From: Spirochaetia bacterium
Lineage (GTDB): Bacteria > Spirochaetota > Spirochaetia > SZUA-6 > Bin103
Direction of reading: 5' to 3'
Assembly: GCA_965208575.1 (NCBI GenBank)
Contig: CBDBOV010000006.1
Location: forward strand, 1,312,001-1,376,000
DNA length: 64,000 nt
This document shows, one piece after another, positions 50,012 through 59,529 of this stretch (the stretch's first letter is position 1; each line of letters opens with the position of its first letter). The notes under the pieces are model-generated. The model did no database searches. It was not told where the DNA came from and saw only the letters and a program-made list of their open reading frames with translations. The position numbers were made by a program, and so were the translations under genes.

Positions 50012-50706
50012 CCTCGTCGCCTACCCCGTCCCGGCGGTGGGGAATTGTCATGACCCTGCCCCGGGCAACGCACCTCGGTGCAGTTGTCCGGGGCGCCTCG
50101 CTCCGTGCGCTCCGCAGCAACCTGCGCGCCGCTCGCGGCGTGGGCGGCATCACCCGGCTCGGCAAATGACTTCTGAGCGTCTCTGACGCCCGTATATCCG
50201 TGAGCCAGACGGTCGGCGTCAAGAAATGTCGCCTCAGCCGCGCTGTAAGGCCTCTCCGCGACACGAGGTGGTGTCTGGACATCCCCGTGTCACCAGCACC
50301 GAAGTCGCCTCCAGACCCGTCCGCCCCCTCTTCGGTCAGCGACACGACACGGCACCGACCACCTCCCTGCCGTTGACGCCTCCTCATCCGCGCCGACCAA
50401 CCAGATACGCCCCCGGTCGCGTTGGTGTGCTTGAATCAACCCGGCCGGTCGCCCAGCAGCCTATCCACTTATCCACAATTTATGAGTCTCCCCCCTCGCG
50501 CTCCCCCCTCGTTCTCCGCCTCCCTTTCGGTTAGATTCTTACGTGAGGCACGCTCACCGTAAGGTTAGATTTTTACGTGAGGCAATAGGGCGCGCTGGCA
50601 GCCGTGTCAGCACGGGCGCGGAGGGGGCCGGGCCAACCTCTACAACCGCACTCCCAGCGACTACCGGTAGCATTTTGGCAGACCTGTTGAGATATTGCGG
50701 CCCAAT

Positions 50707-50800
50707 ATGGCAACTGCGCCGAGATTCTTCGATGATCCGGCGGAGAGCTGCTTCCTGTTCGGGCGCGGGTTCTGGGCCGTGGAGGTCAAGAACGGCCGCT
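50707..50800 (+). pseudogene. Internally deleted AAA_14/DUF4143-like ATPase remnant
   Basis: MATAPRFFDDPAESCFLFG (pre-Walker A) is joined directly to GFWAVEVKNG (C-terminal nuclease-like motif). Confidence 0.55.
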
Positions 50801-50871
50801 GCCGAACTGACTCCGCCGGGGTCCGGACATCGGAGCTCAGTAGTAGGGACTGTGGTTCGTGCGCCGGCCAG

Positions 50872-51885
50872 TCATTCCGGCGGCAGGCGCGGCGGCAGGG
50901 ACTCGAAGTCCGGCGGCAGCGGCGCGATCGCATACACCGACTCGCTCGGTGACTCGGCCAGCACAAACGAACCGGTGGTCCGAGCAGTGCTCAGGTCCAC
51001 GACCAGGAGCCGGTTGCGCTCGCCGACCAGTACCCGGTTGCCGCCGGCCGGGCACAGGCCGCGCAGGAACCCGTGCGGGGCAGACGGCGCGAGCGGCAGG
51101 GAACGGGCCACCGTGCCGTCGGCGCGCAGCACGAGCAGGGCGCCGGCGCCGGAGTCGAGCGACAGCACGGTGCCGTCCGGAAGCGGCGCGACGTTGTGAG
51201 TCGGCACGATGACGTCGTCGGCGACCGGGAGCGGGTCGGCCCGACCGTCGGCGCGCACGATCAACCCGCGCTCCCCGCCGTCCTCCGATTCAGTGCGTCC
51301 GAGCGATACCAGTGGGACGCCGCCCGCGTCGAAGCCGATGCCGTTGGCGTGCAGCAGGTTGCTGTCGGCCGCGTCGTAGCCGGCCGGATCGCGGTAGTCG
51401 ATGGCAGCGGAGAAGCGTCCGCCGGCGCCGCCGCCGTCAAGCAGGGCGGCCGGGCGCAGGTCGACGAGGTCGGTCAGCCGCCCGGCCGGGTCGAACACGG
51501 CCAGTGCGTCGTTGGCGGTCGAGCACACCCACAGGCGGTCGTCGTGGACGGCGATGTCGTGCACGTTGCCGCACCACGGATGGCTGATCGTGGCGAGCGG
51601 GCGCCAGGCGCGATCGAAGCGCAGCACCTCCGCACCGTTGGCGACCAGCAGCGTGCCGCCGTCCGCCGCCAGCCCGCGGCCGCCGCGGATGCCGCCGCGC
51701 GGGTTGGGCTCCCGCTCCAGGTACGGCGCCGCCGGCACCTCGCAGGATCCCTGCACGCCTCGTTCCAGGTCGACCACGTACAGGTGCCCGGACGGCTCCC
51801 CCGGCCGGCTGCCGCGGCAAATCGTCGACACCACCACGCGCCCCACGAACTCTCCCGGCAGGTCCGCCTGCCTCCCGCTGTCCAT
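50872..51885 (-). CDS. Hypothetical beta-propeller-like protein
   Basis: Repeated beta-rich blades (GGRGLAADGG, NVHDIAVHD, LHANGIGFD, PTHNVAPL, FLRGLCP, SVYAIAP). Confidence 0.7.
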   Translation of the reverse strand: MDSGRQADLPGEFVGRVVVSTICRGSRPGEPSGHLYVVDLERGVQGSCEVPAAPYLEREPNPRGGIRGGRGLAADGGTLLVANGAEVLRFDRAWRPLATISHPWCGNVHDIAVHDDRLWVCSTANDALAVFDPAGRLTDLVDLRPAALLDGGGAGGRFSAAIDYRDPAGYDAADSNLLHANGIGFDAGGVPLVSLGRTESEDGGERGLIVRADGRADPLPVADDVIVPTHNVAPLPDGTVLSLDSGAGALLVLRADGTVARSLPLAPSAPHGFLRGLCPAGGNRVLVGERNRLLVVDLSTARTTGSFVLAESPSESVYAIAPLPPDFESLPPRLPPE

Positions 51886-52143
51886 GCGACCGCGATTGTC
51901 GCCCGGATGCGCTGTCCGCGTAAATCGCGCCTGCACGAGAGTCACGAGAGTGCCGAGTTCGCGCCCCGGCTGAAGAGCTGCCGTCGGCGGCGAACCGCCG
52001 CATGCGAGCATGGCCCCGGCGCCGGCGTGCGGCGGCGCCGTCCCGCGGCCACCTCGGTGGGGCGTGAGCGGATAGCGGCGCCACACCAGGACCCACCTGC
52101 TTTGCAGACCGGTCGGCAATCCGGCAAGATGCGCTGACCGGAG

Positions 52144-52953
52144 ATGGCGGAAGTGGGCACGACACACGAGTTGGCAGCCGCGGTGGCGGCGGCGGAGCGC
52201 GTGCTGGTGTTTACCGGTGCGGGAATGTCGACCGCCTCCGGGATCCCCGATTTCCGCGGACCGCAGGGAATCTGGAAACAGCGCCGGCCGGTCATGTTCC
52301 AGGACTTCGTGGCCTCGGCAGAGGCGCGCCGCGAGCACTGGCGCTACAAGGCGGCCGGACACCGCGAGTTTTCGCAGGCGCGGCCCAACGCCGCCCACCG
52401 GGCGCTGGTAGCGCTGGAGCGGCTCGGCAAGCTGGACACCCTGGTGACCCAGAACGTGGACGGCCTGCACCAGGATGCCGGGCACGACCCCGAGCGGGTG
52501 GTCGAGCTGCACGGCACCAACCGGGCGATCGAATGCCTGTCGTGCGGGGCGCGCAGCGCGCCGGAGCCGGCCCTGGAGGAGTTCGAAGCCACCGGCGACT
52601 GCCCGCGCTGCCGGGCGTGCGGTGGGGTGCTGAAGACCGCCACCGTGTCGTTCGGCCAGCCGATGCCGCAGGCCGAACTGGAGCGCGCGTTTCGCGCCGC
52701 GCGCCGCGCCGACCTGGTGCTGGCGGCCGGCTCCACCCTGGAGGTACAGCCCGCCGCCGACGTACCGCTGGCCGCGGCCGGCGCCGGCGCCTTCTACGCC
52801 ATCGTCAACCGCGGGCCGACCGGCCACGACCGCTACGCCGATCTGCGCCTGGAGGGCGACGTGACCGAACTGCTGCCCTCCCTGGCGCGCGCCGTCGAGG
52901 CGGCACTCCCGGCCACCGCGGCCGGCAACGCAACGGGAGTAGGCGATGAATAG
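52144..52953 (+). CDS. cobB: Sir2-family NAD-dependent deacylase
   Basis: FTGAGMSTASGIPDFRG, TQNVDGLH, ELHG, CLSC...CRAC, GSTLEVQPAA, IVNRGPT. Confidence 0.9.
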   Translation: MAEVGTTHELAAAVAAAERVLVFTGAGMSTASGIPDFRGPQGIWKQRRPVMFQDFVASAEARREHWRYKAAGHREFSQARPNAAHRALVALERLGKLDTLVTQNVDGLHQDAGHDPERVVELHGTNRAIECLSCGARSAPEPALEEFEATGDCPRCRACGGVLKTATVSFGQPMPQAELERAFRAARRADLVLAAGSTLEVQPAADVPLAAAGAGAFYAIVNRGPTGHDRYADLRLEGDVTELLPSLARAVEAALPATAAGNATGVGDE

Positions 52954-53013
52954 CGCACCATGGTGGAACCCGGCGGCGCGCGGGGCCGGAGGCGAGCACA
53001 ACGAGGGAACGGG

Positions 53014-55368
53014 ATGCACAGTACGGTGAGTGCCATGGCGCTGGCACAGCGGCTCGGGGAGTTCGAACGCGACGGCTACACCGTGTTCCGCGGCTTCAAC
53101 GCCGACTGGATCGAGCGCTGGCGGCCGGTGTTCATGGATCACTACCGGCGCCACCTGGGCCAGGATCAGCACGGCCGCGGCGTCGGCCAGCCGCGCGCGG
53201 TGTTGCGCGGCCTGCTGCAGGAGTACCCCGACCTGTTCGTCCCCGCCCTGGTGGCACCGGCGATGCTCGATTTCCTGGAGCGGCTGATGGGCCCCACCGT
53301 GGGCTTCGACAGCCTGCAGATCGCCATCACGCCGCCGGTCAGCGAGCGCGAGGCGCGCAGCGTGCACGCCTGGCACCGCGACATGTGGGCGCTGACCGGG
53401 TGGACCGACGACTACCTGCCGCCCAACGCCGTGAACGTGCTCACCTACCTGCAGGAGGGACCGCGGTACGGCGAGCTGCGGGTGATCCCCGGTTCGCACC
53501 GCGGCAGCCGCGTGGTCGGCGACGGTGGCTCGACGCAATCCCAGAAGGGCGAGCAGGTGGTGCCGATGGCGGCCGGCGACACGGTGGTGATCCACTCGTC
53601 GCTGCTGCACACCACCTCCGGCAACTACAGCGGCGATCTGCGCATCTTCGCCAGCTTCTTCTACACGCGCGCCTGGCTGCCCAAGCGCGAGTCCTACGCC
53701 GGCGAGGCGATGCAGCGGGTGATCCGCACGGCGCGCCGGCAGGGCGACCGGCGCGTGGCGCGCCTGTTCGAGCCGGACGGGGAGCTGCTCGCGCGCCGCT
53801 TCAACGGCAACAACGGCGAGTACACGGAGCGCCAGCGGTGGCAGCAGTGGCTGGCCGAGGAGGGCCTCGAACGCGCGCGAGCGGCCTTCGCGCGGGAGGA
53901 GCAGGCGACCGACCACACCGTGGCCGGGCAGGATGCCGCGCCCACTCGGCCACATGCGCAGCAGCCAGCCGCGCCCACTGATCCCGCGGCGGCAGCCGAT
54001 GTGGTTGCCACGGACGACGCTGCCGAGAACACCGATGCGGCGCGGGAGAAGGCGTTGGGCGGGACGACTGGCGCGCAGGACGCTGCACCCGAGCGGCCAC
54101 GAGTGCCGCAGCCAGCCACGCGCACTGACCTTGCGGAGGCGGTCGATACGAGCGGCGGCGACCGCACTGCCGGGAACCCCGGCGCGGCTCGGACGGAGGC
54201 GCGGGACGCCGCGACGGCCGCGGATGACGCTGTGTCCCCGCGGGTGCAAGCGCCGCAACCAGCCGCTGACGATAACCCTTGGGCCACGGCCGATGCGGTG
54301 GCCGGAGACGGCGGACCCGGGCAAACCCGCCCAGCGCCCCGCCCAGCGGCCGGCTCGACGCCGTCGCCGGATGCACCGGCGGAAGCCGATTCCGCGGCGG
54401 CGCCGGTGCTGAACGCGTGTGCCGGACTCAGTGAGGGGCCGGCGTGGCATGCGGCCAGCGGCACCGCACGGGCCGCATCGAAGCGCGCCGGGGCGATAGC
54501 AGGACCGGTGCTGAATGCGCGTGCCGAGTTGGGCGAGGGGCCGGTGTGGGACGCAGCCGGCGACACCCTGTACTGGGTGGACCTGTTCGCCGGCGTGGTG
54601 CACAGCTACCGGGCCGCGTCCGGGCTTACCGGCAGCGTGGAGGTGGGCGAGATCGTCGGCTGCGTGGTGCCGCGCCGGAGCGGCGGCCTGCTGGCCGCCA
54701 CCGCCAGCGGCATCTATCACCTCGATCCCGACACCGGCGCCAAGACGCGCGTGTCCGCCATCGAGGCGGACCGTCCCGAGACCCACTTCAACGACGGCAA
54801 GGTGGATCCCGCCGGGCGCTTCTGGTTCGGCTCCATCGCCGTGGACCGCACCACCGACCTGCTCGGCGACCTGTACAGCCTGGAGCCCGACCTCACCGTT
54901 ACCCACCGGCTGCATGGCGTCGACAACACCAACGGCATGGACTGGAGCCCAGACGGGCGCACCATGTACTACATCGACTCGCTGACCCGGCAGGTCACCG
55001 CCTACGACTACGACGCCGCCACGGGCGCCATTGCCAACCCGCGCCCCATCGTGACCCTGCCGGAGGGCACCGGCGTACCGGACGGCATGACCGTGTCGGT
55101 GGACGGCTCGCTGTGGGTAGCGCATTGGGGCGGCGCCCGCGTCACCCGCTGGCACCCCGATACCGGCGCCCTGCTGCAGACCATCGCCGTGCCTGCCAAC
55201 CTCACCACCTCGTGCGCATTCGCCGGACCGGCACTGGACGACCTCTACATCACCACCGCCCGCTACCATGAGCCGATCGCGGCACTTGCCGCGCAGCCGC
55301 TCGCCGGCGGCCTGTTCCGCTACCGCACCGACACCCGCGGCCGCCCCGCGGCCGTGTTCCTCGGGTAA
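53014..55368 (+). CDS. PhyH dioxygenase fused via a repetitive linker to an SMP-30/gluconolactonase domain
   Basis: N-terminal WHRD, LRVIPGSH, SSLLH; C-terminal LGEGPVWD, FNDGKVDPAGRFW, NGMDWSPD, PDGMTV, TSCAFAG. Confidence 0.85.
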   Translation: MHSTVSAMALAQRLGEFERDGYTVFRGFNADWIERWRPVFMDHYRRHLGQDQHGRGVGQPRAVLRGLLQEYPDLFVPALVAPAMLDFLERLMGPTVGFDSLQIAITPPVSEREARSVHAWHRDMWALTGWTDDYLPPNAVNVLTYLQEGPRYGELRVIPGSHRGSRVVGDGGSTQSQKGEQVVPMAAGDTVVIHSSLLHTTSGNYSGDLRIFASFFYTRAWLPKRESYAGEAMQRVIRTARRQGDRRVARLFEPDGELLARRFNGNNGEYTERQRWQQWLAEEGLERARAAFAREEQATDHTVAGQDAAPTRPHAQQPAAPTDPAAAADVVATDDAAENTDAAREKALGGTTGAQDAAPERPRVPQPATRTDLAEAVDTSGGDRTAGNPGAARTEARDAATAADDAVSPRVQAPQPAADDNPWATADAVAGDGGPGQTRPAPRPAAGSTPSPDAPAEADSAAAPVLNACAGLSEGPAWHAASGTARAASKRAGAIAGPVLNARAELGEGPVWDAAGDTLYWVDLFAGVVHSYRAASGLTGSVEVGEIVGCVVPRRSGGLLAATASGIYHLDPDTGAKTRVSAIEADRPETHFNDGKVDPAGRFWFGSIAVDRTTDLLGDLYSLEPDLTVTHRLHGVDNTNGMDWSPDGRTMYYIDSLTRQVTAYDYDAATGAIANPRPIVTLPEGTGVPDGMTVSVDGSLWVAHWGGARVTRWHPDTGALLQTIAVPANLTTSCAFAGPALDDLYITTARYHEPIAALAAQPLAGGLFRYRTDTRGRPAAVFLG
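53929..54369 (+). repeat. 147-bp (49-aa) degenerate tandem repeat x3 in the linker
   Basis: Units start at 53929, 54076 and 54223 (QDAAPTRPHAQQPA / QDAAPERPRVPQPA / DDAVSPRVQAPQPA). Confidence 0.75.
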
Positions 55369-55372
55369 TCGC

Positions 55373-56014
55373 ATGGGCAACGCTGCCAACTCCCCGATCC
55401 GTACCGCCGTGGTGACCGGCGGGCACTTCTACGAGGTGGTCGACTTTCACCGCCTGTTCCGCGCGCTCGACGGCGTCGACGCGTATATCCAGCACATGGA
55501 CGACTTCACCCTGGCGCCGCGCGAGGAGCGCGACGGCTACGACGTGGTGCTGTTCTTCACCATGCTGCTGGAAGGGCCGAGCGGCGAACGCCTCCAGGCA
55601 CTGGAGCAGATCCGCACGGACCAGGGCGTGGTGGTGCTGCACCACTCCATCCTGGCGTTCCCGTTCTCGCCGTTCTGGCGGCGCTGGACCGACCTGCCGA
55701 ACCTCACCCACTCCGTGGACCCGCCCGAACCGATCACCACCGGGATCGCCGACCCGGACCATCCGATCACCGCCGGCCTCGCCGACTGGCGGATGACCGA
55801 CGAGATCTACCGCATGGGCGGACCGACCGCCGACAGTCACGTCCTGCTCCACGCCAGCCATCCGCACAGCATGGGCACGCTGGCGTGGGCGCGCGAGCCC
55901 GGCGGCCAGCGCGTGGTGTGCTACCAGGCGGGCCACGACCACCAGGCCTGGACCCACCCCTCATACCGCGCGTTCCTGACCCGTGCCATCGCGTGGTGCG
56001 CGCGGCGGATCTGA
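55373..56014 (+). CDS. ThuA-like domain protein
   Basis: VVTGGH, YDVVLF, GVVVLHH, HPITAGL, DEIY, YQAGHD. Confidence 0.85.
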   Translation: MGNAANSPIRTAVVTGGHFYEVVDFHRLFRALDGVDAYIQHMDDFTLAPREERDGYDVVLFFTMLLEGPSGERLQALEQIRTDQGVVVLHHSILAFPFSPFWRRWTDLPNLTHSVDPPEPITTGIADPDHPITAGLADWRMTDEIYRMGGPTADSHVLLHASHPHSMGTLAWAREPGGQRVVCYQAGHDHQAWTHPSYRAFLTRAIAWCARRI

Positions 56015-56077
56015 TCCGCCGCCGGCGGACAACCTGTAAGATAACGCGCCGTGAGGTAGTCACACGATTGCGAGGTG

Positions 56078-56635
56078 ATGACGAGTATGCGTTCCGCTGG
56101 TGCTGTTTTGCTGACCCTGTTCCTGCTTCCGGGCCTGACCGCCGCCGTGTGGGCCACCGACGAGGGATCGGACTCGACGGAGCCGGCCGTCGCGTGGCTG
56201 GCGACCGAGCTGACCGATGTCAGCACCGGCGAGACGTTCACGCTCGCCGAGTTCGCCGGTACCCCGGTGCTGCTGGAGAGCTTCGCGGTGTGGTGCCCGA
56301 TCTGCACCAACCAGCAGAAGCAGGTGCGCGCCCTGCACGAGGAGGTGGGCGACGAGGTGGTGTCGGTTGGCCTCAACACCGACCCCAACGAAGACCACGA
56401 CAAGGTCGTGGCCCACATCCAACGCCACGGATTCGACTGGCGCTACGCGGTCGCTCCGGCCGAGCTGATTCTGGCCCTCAAGGAGGAGTTCGGCATCGGC
56501 ATACTGAACGCCCCATCCGCCCCGATGGTGCTGATCTGCCCCGACCAGAACGTCCGTGAGATGCTGAAGCGCGGCGTGAAACGGGCGAACTTTCTGCAGG
56601 AGCAGGTCGCCGCCTGCGCGGCGCCGGCCACCTGA
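56078..56635 (+). CDS. Exported thioredoxin-like (TlpA/redoxin) protein
   Basis: Signal peptide; FAVWCPIC. Confidence 0.82.
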   Translation: MTSMRSAGAVLLTLFLLPGLTAAVWATDEGSDSTEPAVAWLATELTDVSTGETFTLAEFAGTPVLLESFAVWCPICTNQQKQVRALHEEVGDEVVSVGLNTDPNEDHDKVVAHIQRHGFDWRYAVAPAELILALKEEFGIGILNAPSAPMVLICPDQNVREMLKRGVKRANFLQEQVAACAAPAT

Positions 56636-56651
56636 TCGATCGGCGGTTGCT

Positions 56652-57341
56652 TTGTTCGCCAATTTTGCCGCCAGCTACCTGCTCGGACTTGCCACGCCGC
56701 TGACCGCGGTGTGTGTCCTGCCGCTGTACCCCGGCTTCATCGCCTTCCTGTCCAACCAGCGGCAGGAGGGGGACAGCCGCCCGCCCCTGCTGCTCGGGCT
56801 GGCGGTGGTGGCCGGCGTGGTCGCCTGCATGGTGGCGATCGGGCTGGTGTTCTCGACCCTGCTGGAGTTGTCGCTGACCGGCGTGGCCGGCATCGCCTCG
56901 CCGATCGCGTTCGCGCTGCTGGCGGTGATCGGCGTCCTGCTGCTGCTCGATACCGACTTCAGCCGCCTGTTTCCGGTGGTGCGGGCGCCGAGCACCAGCC
57001 GCCCGCTGGCGGCCGCGTTCGGCTACGGCGCCTTCTTCGCGTTCATCATCCTGCCCTGCAACCCCGGCTTCATCGGCGCCTTCTTCTCCAAGCAACTGGC
57101 GCTGTCGATCGGCGACTTCGGCCTCAACGTGCTCAACTCGGTAATCTTCGCGCTCGGCATCGGCACCCCGCTGCTGGTGCTGGCGCTGGCGGGCGCCGCG
57201 TTCGGCAGAAACATCATCCGCTTCCTGACCCGCCACAAGTCACCGATCAACCGCATCGCCGGCGCCGCCATGGTGGGCATCTCCCTGTACTACCTGATCG
57301 CCGTGTTCCAGGTCCCGCAGCGCCTGCTCGGCGGCGCCTAG
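56652..57341 (+). CDS. ccdA: CcdA/DsbD-type membrane electron transporter
   Basis: TPLTAVCVLPLYP and ILPCNPG, FALGIGTPL; about 6 TM segments; next to the thioredoxin. Confidence 0.8.
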   Translation: MFANFAASYLLGLATPLTAVCVLPLYPGFIAFLSNQRQEGDSRPPLLLGLAVVAGVVACMVAIGLVFSTLLELSLTGVAGIASPIAFALLAVIGVLLLLDTDFSRLFPVVRAPSTSRPLAAAFGYGAFFAFIILPCNPGFIGAFFSKQLALSIGDFGLNVLNSVIFALGIGTPLLVLALAGAAFGRNIIRFLTRHKSPINRIAGAAMVGISLYYLIAVFQVPQRLLGGA

Positions 57342-57384
57342 CAGCTAAGCTAAGTAGGAGCCGGCGCACCACCCCAGTGCTGCG

Positions 57385-58446
57385 CTAATACTCAAGGATC
57401 GCCCGGCCCATCACTTCCCCCGCAAGAAGCGCGTCGCAGGCATCGTTGATCTGCTCCAGGCGGTAGCGGTCGGTCACCAGCTTGTCGAGCGGAAACTTGC
57501 CGTCCGCGTAGAGCCGCAGGAACATCGGGAAGTCGCAGTCGACGTCGCTGGCGCCGTGGCTGCCGGTGTAGGTGCGCTGGAACGGCATGACCAACATCGG
57601 GTTGAGCGTCATCTCGCGCTCCGCCGGTACGCCAACCAGAACAGCCGTGCCGCCCTGGCTGGAGGGACCCACCCATCCCGGCCGCGTGGCTTGCAGGATC
57701 TGCTCGGTGGTCGCCCGCACACCGATGGTGTCGAAAGCGTAATCGACGCCGCCGCCGGTGAGCTCCTGAATGGCCGCCACCGGATCTTCCCGCTTGGCGT
57801 TGATGAGGTGGGTGGCGCCGAACTGGCGGGCCGTGTCCAGCTTGTCGTCGCGCAGGTCGACCGCGATGACCGGGTGGGCGTGCAGCATCGAGGCCATCCA
57901 GACGGCCGACAGCCCCACGCCGCCGGTGCCGACAACCGCCACCGAGTCGCCGGGCCGCACGTTGGCGGTGCGTTGGACCGCGCCGGCGCCGGTCAGCACC
58001 GCGCAGCCGATGATGCAGCTGATGTCGGTGGGGGCTTCGGCGGCGATCCCGACGACATGCTCACCCTCGGTGACAACGTGCTCACTCCAGGTGTGCACGC
58101 CATGCTGGGCAAACAACTCCGTCCCCCGGTACGTTGCGCCGAGCGGACCGCGATCCTGCATGGTCAGGTCCGGGTGCCGCCGCACCCAGGTGACGATGGC
58201 GTTGTCGCCCTCCTTGACGTGGGTCACGTTCGCGCCCACTTCCATAACCACGCCGGTGCCCTCGTGGCCGAGCACCATCGGCAGCGGTTCCCCGAGCGAT
58301 CCGTTCAGTTCATGGAGCTGGGAATGGCACACGCCACTGGAAATCAGCTTCACGGCAACGTCGTCGGGTCCGACATCGGGCAACTCCACCTCGTCGATGA
58401 CGAGTGGCTCGTTGTAGGCGGTCAGTACCGCGGCTCGGGTCTTCAT
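57385..58446 (-). CDS. Zn-dependent alcohol dehydrogenase (MDR)
   Basis: GVCHS, LGHEG, GCAVLTG, GTGGVGL, GVDYAFD. Confidence 0.9.
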   Translation of the reverse strand: MKTRAAVLTAYNEPLVIDEVELPDVGPDDVAVKLISSGVCHSQLHELNGSLGEPLPMVLGHEGTGVVMEVGANVTHVKEGDNAIVTWVRRHPDLTMQDRGPLGATYRGTELFAQHGVHTWSEHVVTEGEHVVGIAAEAPTDISCIIGCAVLTGAGAVQRTANVRPGDSVAVVGTGGVGLSAVWMASMLHAHPVIAVDLRDDKLDTARQFGATHLINAKREDPVAAIQELTGGGVDYAFDTIGVRATTEQILQATRPGWVGPSSQGGTAVLVGVPAEREMTLNPMLVMPFQRTYTGSHGASDVDCDFPMFLRLYADGKFPLDKLVTDRYRLEQINDACDALLAGEVMGRAILEY

Positions 58447-58519
58447 GGCGTGGCCACTGTGCCACACACGCACCGGCAAGCCAACCCGCTGTCAGCGCCG
58501 CGGCGCACCGCAGCGGCAT

Positions 58520-59266
58520 CTATATGGTGCGGCCGCCGTCGACTACGAGGCTGGCGCCGGTGATGAAGTCGCTGCGCAACAGGCCCACGATGGCGGTGGC
58601 CACGTCGTCCGCGGAGGCGGCGCGGCCCATCGGGGTGGACTCGCGGTTGCTGCGGGCGTGCTCCTCGCTCACGGTGGCGATCCAGCGCGTCTCCACCAGG
58701 CCGGGCACCACGCAGTTGACCTGCACCTCCGGCGCCTGGCTGTGCGCCATGCCGCGGGTCAGGTTCATCACCGCCGCCTTGCTCGCGGAGTAGATCAGCG
58801 AGCTGCCGAGCCCGTTCAGCCCGGCGATCGAGCCCACGTTCACGATATGGCCGCCGCCGCCGCGCTTCATCTCCGGGATGGCGGCGCGCGAGCAGTAGAA
58901 CGGGCCCTGGAAGTTGACCCCGAACAGCTCCGCGAAGTCCTCGTCGCGGACGCCTTCCAGGTCGGGCGGCGGCACCGCCCGCGTGCGCCCCGCATTGTTG
59001 ACCAGGAAGTCGAGGCGCCCGAATCCGGCCACCGTGGCCGCCACCATGGCGCGCACCTGCGCGTCGTCGGCAACGTCCGCCTGCACCGCCAGTGCGCGCC
59101 CACCGCCGGCACGGATTTCCGCCGCGGTGTCTTCCGCCTCCTGCCGGGAGCGCGAGTAGTTGACCGCCACCGCCGCCCCCTGTGCGGCGAGCTGCAGCGC
59201 GGTGGCGCGCCCGATGCCGGTGCCGCCCCCGGTGATCAGCGCCACCCTGCCGTCGAAGTCTCCCAT
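58520..59266 (-). CDS. Short-chain dehydrogenase/reductase
   Basis: TGGGTGIG, NNAG, YSASK, VDGG. Confidence 0.93.
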   Translation of the reverse strand: MGDFDGRVALITGGGTGIGRATALQLAAQGAAVAVNYSRSRQEAEDTAAEIRAGGGRALAVQADVADDAQVRAMVAATVAGFGRLDFLVNNAGRTRAVPPPDLEGVRDEDFAELFGVNFQGPFYCSRAAIPEMKRGGGGHIVNVGSIAGLNGLGSSLIYSASKAAVMNLTRGMAHSQAPEVQVNCVVPGLVETRWIATVSEEHARSNRESTPMGRAASADDVATAIVGLLRSDFITGASLVVDGGRTI

Positions 59267-59377
59267 CCAGTGCCTCCTTTCCAACCGGCGCCGAGCTTAC
59301 GGCGCGCCACCGGCTCCACGCAACCCGCGCCCGCGACTACAGCCGGTCAGCACGTACTCGCCGGACGTCCGGCGCTA

Positions 59378-59420
59378 CGGCGGTGCGGTGCCAGTCGACG
59401 TGTGGGGCACGTGACCGCCG
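59378..59420 (+). repeat. ATPase-gene tail repeat, copy 1 of 3 (others at 61811-61854 and 62547-62584)
   Basis: cggcggtgcggt(g/c)cc(a/g)gtcgacgtgtggggca(c/t)gtga, encoding GGAVPVDVWG(M/T)*. Confidence 0.85.
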
Positions 59421-59529
59421 TCATCCTCCCTGTTTGGGCCGTTCGTCAGTCAGGCGTCTCCTCCGCATCGCCGTGAGATTGGGTGGTTCAGATCCTTCTT
59501 CGTTGAACCGCACCGATGCCAGCGCCCCC

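Larger units (their letters stand above)
46798..50590 (+). mobile_element. DDE (rve) insertion element with doubled terminal inverted repeats, carrying a second transposase
   Basis: The left end has two TG(A/C)CTCA...AAAATCTAACC units (46800-46855); the right end has two inverted units (50529-50584). The right boundary is set by identity with the second copy. Possible CGCGC target duplication at 46793-46797 and 50591-50595. Confidence 0.8.

Noticed and set aside
50012-50534. ORFs of 102-158 aa in the element's right arm
   Set aside because: Low-complexity translations with no motifs; identical in both copies only because the DNA is duplicated.
52144-52953. Sirtuin as a defence NADase (Thoeris/DSR-type)
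   Set aside because: It has the Zn-ribbon and full CobB-type deacylase motifs, and no defence partner gene is adjacent.
50872-55389. 1505-aa minus-strand ORF
   Set aside because: Mostly the antisense shadow of the sirtuin and PhyH-SMP30 genes; only 50872-51885 looks like a real protein.
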